Source: the human T2T-CHM13v2.0 reference genome, Homo sapiens. Taken from it: a stretch of DNA of 64,000 nt. The stretch lies in NCBI RefSeq assembly GCF_009914755.1, contig NC_060934.1. One strand, given 5' to 3'. Of this stretch, positions 55,101 through 64,000 are shown one piece after another. The notes under the pieces were generated by a model that saw only the letters and a program-made list of their open reading frames with translations, was not told the origin of the DNA and did no database searches. The stretch's first letter is position 1. Every line of letters starts with the position of its first letter. The translations under genes were made by a program, and so were the position numbers.

Positions 55101-58100
55101 GAAGAATTCTCAGTAACTTCTTTGTGTTGTTTGTATTCAACTCACAGATTTCAACCTTCCTTTAGAGAGAGCAGATTTGAAACACTCTTTTTTTGGTATT
55201 TGCAAGTGCAGATTCCAAGCGCTTCTAGGCCTATGGCAGAAAAGGAAATATCTTCGTATAAAAACTACACAGAATCATTCTCAACAACTACTTTGTGATG
55301 TGTGTGTTCAACTCACAGAGTTTAACCTTTCTTTTCATAGAGCAGTTTGGAAACACTCTGTTTGTAATGTCTGCAAGTGCATATTTGGACTTCTTTGAGG
55401 CCTTCGTTGGAAACGGGATTTCTTCATATAATGCTTGACAGAAGAATTCTCAGTCACTTCTTTGTGTTGTGGTATTCAAGTCACAGAGTTGAAACTTCCT
55501 TTAGACAGAGCAGTTTTGAAAATCTCTTTCTGTGGAATTTGCAAGTGGAGATTTCAAGCGATTTGAGGCCAATCTTTGAAATGGAAATATTTTCGTGTAA
55601 AAACTACACAGAATCATTCTGAGGAACTACTTTCTGATGTGTGCGTTCAACACACGGAGTTTAACCTTTCTTTTCATAGAGCAGTTTGGAAACACTCTGT
55701 TTGTAAAGTCTGCAAGTGCTTATTTGGACCTCTTTGAGGCCTTCGTTGGAAACGTGATTTCTTCATATAATGCTAGACAGAAGAATTATCAGTCACTTCT
55801 TTGTGTTGTGTGTATTCAAGTCACAGAGTTAAACCTTCCTTTAGACAGAGCAGTTTTGAAAAACTCTTTCTGTGGAATTTGCAAGTGGAGATTTCAAGCG
55901 ATTTGAGGCCAATCTTTGAAATGGAAATCTCTTCGTGTAAAAACTACACAGAATCATTCTCAGAAACTGCTTTGTGATGTCTGCGTTCAGCTTACAGAGT
56001 TTCACCTTTCTTTTTATAGAGCAGTTTGGAAAGACTCTGTCTGTAAAGTCTGCAAGTGAATACTTGGACCCCTTTGTGTACTTCGTTGGAAGAGGGATTT
56101 TTTCATTTACTGCTAGACAGAAGAATTCTCAGTAAATCCTTTGTGTTGTGTGAATTCAACTCACAGAGTTGAACCTTCCTTTATTCAGAGCAGTTTTGAA
56201 ACACTCTTTTTGTGGAATTTCCACGTGGAGATTTCAAGAGATTTGACGCCTATCTTAGACATGGAAATATCTTCGTATTAAAACTACAGAGTCATTCGCA
56301 GAAACTAGTTTGTGATGTGTGCCTTCAACTCACAGAGTTTAACCTTTCTTTTCATAGAGCAGTCTGGAAACACTCTGTTTGTAAAGTCTGCAAGTGGATA
56401 TTTGGACCTCTTTGAGGACTCAGTTGGAAACGGGATTTCTTCATATAACGCTAGACAGAAGAATTCTCATTAAGTTCTTTGTGTTGTGTGCATTCAACTC
56501 ACAGAGTTGAAACTTTCTTTAGAGAGAGCAGATTTGAAACACTCTTTCTGTGGAATTTGCTAGTGCAGATATCAAACTCTTCGAGGACAATGGCAGAAAA
56601 GGTTATATCTTCATATTAAAATTAGACAAAATCATTCTCAGAATACACTTTGTGATGTGTGTGTTCAACTCACAGAGTTTAACATTCCTTTAATCGAGCA
56701 GTTAGGAAACACTCTTTTTGTAAAGTCTGCAAGTGGATAATTGGCCGTCTTTGAGCCCTTCGCTGGAAACGGGATTTCCTCATAGAATGCTAGACGGAAG
56801 AATTCTCAGTAACTTCTTCGTGTTGTTTGTATTCAACTCAGAGATTTGAACCTTCCTTTCGAGAGAGCAGATTTGAAAAACTCTTTTTTTGGTATTTGCA
56901 AGTACAGATTTCAAGCGCTCCTAGGCCTATGGCAGAAAAGGAAATATCTTCGTATAAAAACTACACAGAATCATTCTCAACAACTACTTTGTGATGTGAG
57001 CGTTCAACTCACAGAGTTTAACCTTTCTTTTCATAGAGCACTTTGGAAAGACTCTGTCTGTAAAGTCTGCAAGTGCTTATTTGGACTTCTTTGAGGCCTT
57101 CGTTGGAAACGGGATTTCTTCATATAACGCTGGACAGAAGAATTCTCATTTACTTCTTTGTGTTGTGTGCATTCAACTCAGAGTTGAAACTTTCTTTAGA
57201 GAGAGCAGATTTGAAATACCCTTTCTGTGGAGTTTGCTAGTGCAGATTTCAAACGCTTCGAGGACAATGGTAGAAAAGGATATATCTTCGTATTAAAACT
57301 AGATAAAATCATTCTCAGAATACACTTTGTGATGTGTGTGTTCCACTTACAGAGTTTAACCTTTCTTTAATCGAGCAGTTTGGAAACACTCTCTTTGTAA
57401 AGTCTCCAAGTGGATAATTGTCCCTCTTTGAGCCCTTCGTTGGAAACGGGATTTCCTCATATAATTCTAGACAGAAGAATTCTCAGTAACTTCTTTGTGT
57501 TGTTTGTATTCAACTCACAGATTTCAACCTTCCTTTAGAGAGAGCAGATTTGAAACACTCTTTTTTTGGTATTTGCAAGTGCAGATTCCAAGCGCTTCTA
57601 GGCCTATGGCAGAAAAGGAAATATCTTCGTATAAAAACTACACAGAATCATTCTCAACAACTACTTTGTGATGTGTGTGTTCAACTCACAGAGTTTAACC
57701 TTTCTTTTCATAGAGCAGTTTGGAAACACTCTGTTTGTAATGTCTGCAAGTGCATATTTGGACTTCTTTGAGGCCTTCGTTGGAAACGGGATTTCTTCAC
57801 ATAATGCTTGACAGAAGAATTCTCAGTCACTTCTTTGTGTTGTGGTATTCAAGTCACAGAGTTGAAACTTCCTTTAGACAGAGCAGTTTTGAAAATCTCT
57901 TTCTGTGGAATTTGCAAGTGGAGATTTCAAGCGATTTGAGGCCAATCCTTGAAATGGAAATATCTTCGTGTAAAAACTACACAGAATCATTCTCAGGAAC
58001 TGCTTTCTGATGTGTGCGTTCAACACACGGAGTTTAACCTTTCTTTTCATAGAGCAGTTTGGAAACACTCTGTTTGTAAAGTCTGCAAGTGCATATTTGG

Positions 58101-58387
58101 ACCTCTTTGAGGCCTTCGTTGGAAACGTGATTTCTTCATATAATGCTAGATAGAAGAATTATCAGTCACTTCTTTGTGTTGTGTGTATTCAAGTCACAGA
58201 GTTGAACCTTCCTTTAGACAGAGCAGTTTTGAAAAACTCTTTGTGTGGAATTTGCAAGTGGAGATTTCAAGCGATTTGAGGCCAATCTTTGAAATGGAAA
58301 TCTCTTCGTGTAAAAACTACACAGAATCATTCTCAGAAACTGCTTTGTGATGTCTGCGTTCAGCTTACAGAGTTTCACCTTTCTTTT
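46130..58387 (+). repeat. Local super-period of two HORs (28-mer, 4748 bp), about 2.5 tandem copies; boundaries approximate
   Basis: Unit lengths alternate 2373/2375. Variant-specific ORFs recur at 47585/52333/57081 and 50629/55377. The SNP CTCTTTGTGTGG lies at 48747/53495/58243. All spacings are 4748 bp. Confidence 0.88.
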
Positions 58388-58835
58388 CATAGAGCAGTTT
58401 GGAAACACTCTGTTTGTAAAGTCTGCAAGTGCATATTTGAACCTCTTTGAGGCCTTCGTTGGAAACGTGATTTCTTCATATAATGCTAGACAGAAGAATT
58501 ATCAGTCACTTCTTTGTGTTGTGTGTATTCAAGTCACAGAGTTGAACCTTCCTTTAGACAGAGCAGTTTTGAAAAACTCTTTCTGTGGAATTTGCAAGTG
58601 GAGATTTCAAGCGATTTGAGGCCAATCTTTGAAATGGAAATCTCTTCGTGTAAAAACTACACAGAATCATTCTCAGAAACTGCTTTGTGATGTCTGCGTT
58701 CAGCTTACAGAGTTTCACCTTTCTTTTTATAGAGCAGTTTGGAAAGACTCTGTCTGTAAAGTCTGCAAGTGAATACTTGGACCCCTTTGTGTACTTTGTT
58801 GGAAGAGGGATTTTTTCATTTACTGCTAGACAGAA
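56123..58835 (+). repeat. 16-mer HOR structural variant (one extra D6/D7 dimer), 2713 bp
   Basis: Anchor spacing 56212 to 58925 is 2713 bp (2373+340). GAAACGTGA...GAATTATCAG occurs twice, at ~58120-58165 and ~58460-58505. Confidence 0.93.
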
Positions 58836-61800
58836 GAATTCTCAGTAAATCCTTTGTGTTGTGTGAATTCAACTCACAGAGTTGAACCTTCCTTTATTCA
58901 GAGCAGTTTTGAAACACTCTTTTTGTGGAATTTCCACGTGGAGATTTCAAGAGATTTGACGCCTATCTTAGACATGGAAATATCTTCGTATTAAAACTAC
59001 AGAGTCATTCGCAGAAACTAGTTTGTGATGTGTGCCTTCAACTCACAGAGTTTAACCTTTCTTTTCATAGAGCAGTCTGGAAACACTCTGTTTGTAAAGT
59101 CTGCAAGTGGATATTTGGACCTCTTTGAGGACTCAGTTGGAAACGGGATTTCTTCATATAACGCTAGACAGAAGAATTCTCATTAACTTCTTTGTGTTGT
59201 GTGCATTCAACTCACAGAGTTGAAACTTTCTTTAGAGAGAGCAGATTTGAAACACTCTTTCTGTGGAATTTGCTAGTGCAGATATCAAACGCTTCGAGGA
59301 CAATGGCAGAAAAGGTTATATCTTCATATTAAAATTAGACAAAATCATTCTCAGAATACACTTTGTGATGTGTGTGTTCAACTCACAGAGTTTAACATTC
59401 CTTTAATCGAGCAGTTAGGAAACACTCTTTTTGTAAAGTCTGCAAGTGGATAATTGGCCGTCTTTGAGCCCTTCGCTGGAAACGGGATTTCCTCATACAA
59501 TGCTAGACGGAAGAATTCTCAGTAACTTCTTCGTGTTGTTTGTATTCAACTCAGAGATTTGAACCTTCCTTTGGAGAGAGCAGATTTGAAAAACTCTTTT
59601 TTTGGTATTTGCAAGTACAGATTTCAAGCGCTCCTAGGCCTATGGCAGAAAAGGAAATATCTTCGTATAAAAACTACACAGAATCATTCTCAACAACTAC
59701 TTTGTGATGTGAGCGTTCAACTCACAGAGTTTAACCTTTCTTTTCATAGAGCACTTTGGAAAGACTCTGTCTGTAAAGTCTGCAAGTGCTTATTTGGACT
59801 TCTTTGAGGCCTTCGTTGGAAACGGGATTTCTTCATATAACGCTGGACAGAAGAATTCTCATTTACTTCTTTGTGTTGTGTGCATTCAACTCACAGAGTT
59901 GAAACTTTCTTTAGAGAGAGCAGATTTGAAACACCCTTTCTGTGGAGTTTGCTAGTGCAGATTTCAAACGCTTCGAGGACAATGGTAGAAAAGGATATAT
60001 CTTCGTATTAAAACTAGACAAAATCATTCTCAGAATACACTTTGTGATGTGTGTGTTCCACTTACAGAGTTTAACCTTTCTTTAATCGAGCAGTTTGGAA
60101 ACACTCTCTTTGTAAAGTCTCCAAGTGGATAATTGGCCCTCTTTGAGCCCTTCGTTGGAAACGGGATTTCCTCATATAATTCTAGACAGAAGAATTCTCA
60201 GTAACTTCTTTGTGTTGTTTGTATTCAACTCACAGATTTCAACCTTCCTTTAGAGAGAGCAGATTTGAAACACTCTTTTTTTGGTATTTGCAAGTGCAGA
60301 TTCCAAGCGCTTCTAGGCCTATGGCAGAAAAGGAAATATCTTCGTATAAAAACTACACAGAATCATTCTCAACAACTACTTTGTGATGTGTGTGTTCAAC
60401 TCACAGAGTTTAACCTTTCTTTTCATAGAGCAGTTTGGAAACACTCTGTTTGTAATGTCTGCAAGTGCATATTTGGACTTCTTTGAGGCCTTCGTTGGAA
60501 ACGGGATTTCTTCATACAATGCTTGACAGAAGAATTCTCAGTCATTTCTTTGTGTTGTGGTATTCAAGTCACAGAGTTGAAACTTCCTTTAGACAGAGCA
60601 GTTTTGAAAATCTCTTTCTGTGGAATTTGCAAGTGTAGATTACAAGCGATTTGAGGCCAATCTTTGAAATGGAAATATCTTCGTGTAAAAACTACACAGA
60701 ATCATTCTCAGGAACTGCTTTCTGATGTGTGCGTTCAACACACGGAGTTTAACCTTTCTTTTCATAGAGCAGTTTGGAAACACTCTGTTTGTAAAGTCTG
60801 CAAGTGCATATTTGAACCTCTTTGAGGCCTTCGTTGGAAACGTGATTTCTTCATATAATGCTAGACAGAAGAATTATCAGTCACTTCTTTGTGTTGTGTG
60901 TATTCAAGTCACAGAGTTGAACCTTCCTTTAGACAGAGCAGTTTTGAAAAACTCTTTCTGTGAAATTTGCAAGTGGAGATTTCAAGCGATTTGAGGCCAA
61001 TCTTTGAAATGGAAATCTCTTCGTGTAAAAACTACACAGAATCATTCTCAGAAACTGCTTTGTGATGTCTGCGTTCAGCTTACAGAGTTTCACCTTTCTT
61101 TTTATAGAGCAGTTTGGAAAGACTCTGTCTGTAAAGTCTGCAAGTGAATACTTGGACCCCTTTGTGTACTTCGTTGGAAGAGGGATTTTTTCATTTACTG
61201 CTAGACAGAAGAATTCTCAGTAAATCCTTTGTGTTGTGTGAATTCAACTCACAGAGTTGAACCTTCCTTTATTCAGAGCAGTTTTGAAACACTCTTTTTG
61301 TGGAATTTCCACGTGGAGATTTCAAGAGATTTGACGCCTATCTTAGACATGGAAATATCTTCGTATTAAAACTACAGAGTCATTCGCAGAAACTAGTTTG
61401 TGATGTGTGCCTTCAACTCACAGAGTTTAACCTTTCTTTTCATAGAGCAGTCTGGAAACACTCTGTTTGTAAAGTCTGCAAGTGGATATTTGGACCTCTT
61501 TGAGGACTCAGTTGGAAACGGGATTTCTTCATATAACGCTAGACAGAAGAATTCTCATTAACTTCTTTGTGTTGTGTGCATTCAACTCACAGAGTTGAAA
61601 CTTTCTTTAGAGAGAGCAGATTTGAAACACTCTTTCTGTGGAATTTGCTAGTGCAGATATCAAACGCTTCGAGGACAATGGCAGAAAAGGTTATATCTTC
61701 ATATTAAAATTAGACAAAATCATTCTCAGAATACACTTTGTGATGTGTGTGTTCAACTCACAGAGTTTAACATTCCTTTAATCGAGCAGTTAGGAAACAC

Positions 61801-64000
61801 TCTTTTTGTAAAGTCTGCAAGTGGATAATTGGCCGTCTTTGAGCCCTTCGCTGGAAACGGGATTTCCTCATATAATGCTAGACCGAAGAATTCTCAGTAA
61901 ATTCTTCGTGTTGTTTGTATTCAACTCAGAGATTTGAACCTTCCTTTGGAGAGAGCAGATTTGAAAAACTCTTTTTTTGGTATTTGCAAGTATAGATTTC
62001 AAGCGCTCCTAGGCCTATGGCAGAAAAGGAAATATCTTCGTATAAAAACTACACAGAATCATTCTCAACAACTACTTTGTGATGTGAGCGTTCAACTCAC
62101 AGAGTTTAACCTTTCTTTTCATAGAGCACTTTGGAAAGACTCTGTCTGTAAAGTCTGCAAGTGCTTATTTGGACTTCTTTGAGGCCTTCGTTGGAAACGG
62201 GATTTCTTCATATAACGCTGGACAGAAGAATTCTCATTTACTTCTTTGTGTTGTGTGCATTCAACTCACAGAGTTGAAACTTTCTTTAGAGAGAGCAGAT
62301 TTGAAACACCCTTTCTGTGGAGTTTGCTAGTGCAGATTTCAAACGCTTCGAGGACAATGGTAGAAAAGGATATATCTTCGTATTAAAACTAGACAAAATC
62401 ATTCTCAGAATACACTTTGTGATGTGTGTGTTCCACTTACAGAGTTTAACCTTTCTTTAATCGAGCAGTTTGGAAACACTCTCTTTGTAAAGTCTCCAAG
62501 TGGATAATTGGCCCTCTTTGAGCCCTTCGTTGGAAACGGGATTTCCTCATATAATTCTAGACAGAAGAATTCTCAGTAACTTCTTTGTGTTGTTTGTATT
62601 CAACTCACAGATTTCAACCTTCCTTTAGAGAGAGCAGATTTGAAACACTCTTTTGTTGGTATTTGCAAGTGCAGATTAAAAGCGCTTCTAGGCCTATGGC
62701 AGAAAAGGAAATATCTTCGTATAAAAACTACACAGAATCATTCTCAACAACTACTTTGTGATGTGTGTGTTCAACTCACAGAGTTTAACCTTTCTTTTCA
62801 TAGAGCAGTTTGGAAACACTCTGTTTGTAATGTCTGCAAGTGCATATTTGGACTTCTTTGAGGCCTTCGTTGGAAACGGGATTTCTTCATATAATGCTTG
62901 ACAGAAGAATTCTCAGTCACTTCTTTGTGTTGTGGTATTCAAGTCACAGAGTTGAAACTTCCTTTAGACAGAGCAGTTTTGAAAATCTCTTTCTGTGGAA
63001 TTTGCAAGTGGAGATTTCAAGCGATTTGAGGCCAATCTTTGAAATGGAAATATCTTCGTGTAAAAACTACACAGAATCATTCTCAGGAACTACTTTCTGA
63101 TGTGTGCGTTCAACACACGGAGTTTAACCTTTCTTTTCATAGAGCAGTTTGGAAACACTCTGTTTGTAAAGTCTGCAAGTGCTTATTTGGACCTCTTTGA
63201 GGCCTTCGTTGGAAACGTGATTTCTTCATATAATGCTAGACAGAAGAATTATCAGTCACTTCTTTGTGTTGTGTGTATTCAAGTCACAGAGTTAAACCTT
63301 CCTTTAGACAGAGCAGTTTTGAAAAACTCTTTCTGTGGAATTTGCAAGTGGAGATTTCAAGCGATTTGAGGCCAATCTTTGAAATGGAAATCTCTTCGTG
63401 TAAAAACTACACAGAATCATTCTCAGAAACTGCTTTGTGATGTCTGCGTTCAGCTTACAGAGTTTCACCTTTCTTTTTATAGAGCAGTTTGGAAAGACTC
63501 TGTCTGTAAAGTCTGCAAGTGAATACTTGGACCCCTTTGTGTACTTCGTTGGAAGAGGGATTTTTTCATTTACTGCTAGACAGAAGAATTCTCAGTAAAT
63601 CCTTTGTGTTGTGTGAATTCAACTCACAGAGTTGAACCTTCCTTTATTCAGAGCAGTTTTGAAACACTCTTTTTGTGGAATTTCCAGGTGGAGATTTCAA
63701 GAGATTTGACGCCTATCTTAGACATGGAAATATCTTCGTATTAAAACTACAGAGTCATTCGCAGAAACTAGTTTGTGATGTGTGCCTTCAACTCACAGAG
63801 TTTAACCTTTCTTTTCATAGAGCAGTCTGGAAACACTCTGTTTGTAAAGTCTGCAAGTGGATATTTGGACCTCTTTGAGGACTCAGTTGGAAACGGGATT
63901 TCTTCATATAACGCTAGACAGAAGAATTCTCATTAACTTCTTTGTGTTGTGTGCATTCAACTCACAGAGTTGAAACTTTCTTTAGAGAGAGCAGATTTGA

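Larger units (their letters stand above)
1..64000 (+). repeat. Alpha-satellite centromeric array, dimeric SF1 type, single orientation
   Basis: Continuous ~170-bp monomers with alphoid motifs (CATTCTCAGAAAC, TTCAACTCACAGAGTT, GAGCAGTTTGGAAACACTCT). CTTCGTTGGAAACGGGA or a degenerate copy occurs every ~340 bp. GAATTC lies at most dimer boundaries. Confidence 0.99.
497..64000 (+). repeat. 14-mer HOR array, period 2373-2375 bp; probably a chromosome 10 D10Z1-related 14-mer
   Basis: The anchor GTGGAATTTCCA(G/C)GTG recurs at 586, 2961, 5335, 7031, 9404, 11779, 13473, 15847, 18220, 20594, 22969, 25344, 27719, 30094, 32469, 34844, 37217, 39591, 41966, 44341, 46716, 49089, 51464, 53837, 56212, 58925, 61300 and 63675. 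The chr10 assignment rests on recalled D10Z1-like motifs (GAGTCATTCGCAGAAACTAGTTTG, AATCTTTGAAATGGAAAT, TTAAAACTAGACAAAATC) and is less certain (~0.7) than the periodicity. Confidence 0.93.

Noticed and set aside
179-63878. About 150 short ORFs (64-101 aa), some Cys-rich (CKVCKC, CNVCKC)
   Set aside because: They recur with the satellite period, mostly start at TTG/GTG, are freely broken by SNPs and indels between copies, and show no domain architecture. They are chance translations of alpha satellite, not zinc-finger proteins.
1-64000. CRISPR-like regularly spaced repeats
   Set aside because: There are no unique spacers and no cas genes. The entire sequence is tandemly repetitive with a 170/340-bp period.
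1-64000. L1/Alu insertions or strand inversions within the array
   Set aside because: I saw no poly(A) tails, non-alphoid segments or reverse-orientation boxes (TCCCGTTTCCAACGAAG). All anchor spacings are explained by whole numbers of dimers.

Overview
The whole 64 kb window is primate (most likely human) centromeric alpha-satellite DNA. It consists of ~170-bp monomers in head-to-tail ~340-bp dimers, the suprachromosomal family 1 type with a CENP-B box position every second monomer and EcoRI sites at most dimer boundaries. The dominant higher-order repeat (HOR) is a 14-mer of 2373-2375 bp (7 dimers, called D1-D7 here). Using a unit-specific anchor I count 27 complete units: 24 14-mers, two 10-mers (~1.70 kb) and one 16-mer (~2.71 kb). 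From recalled sequence the monomers resemble the chromosome 10 D10Z1 family, plausibly a 14-mer sister array; this was not verified by a search. The first ~0.55 kb and the next two units are more diverged, which suggests an array edge. I found no genes, RNA genes, transposon insertions or inversions, and all listed ORFs are repeat artefacts. I see no previously undescribed biological system. The interest lies in array architecture: the internal duplication history of the 14-mer, recombination breakpoints, multi-HOR duplications, and patterned CENP-B box loss.
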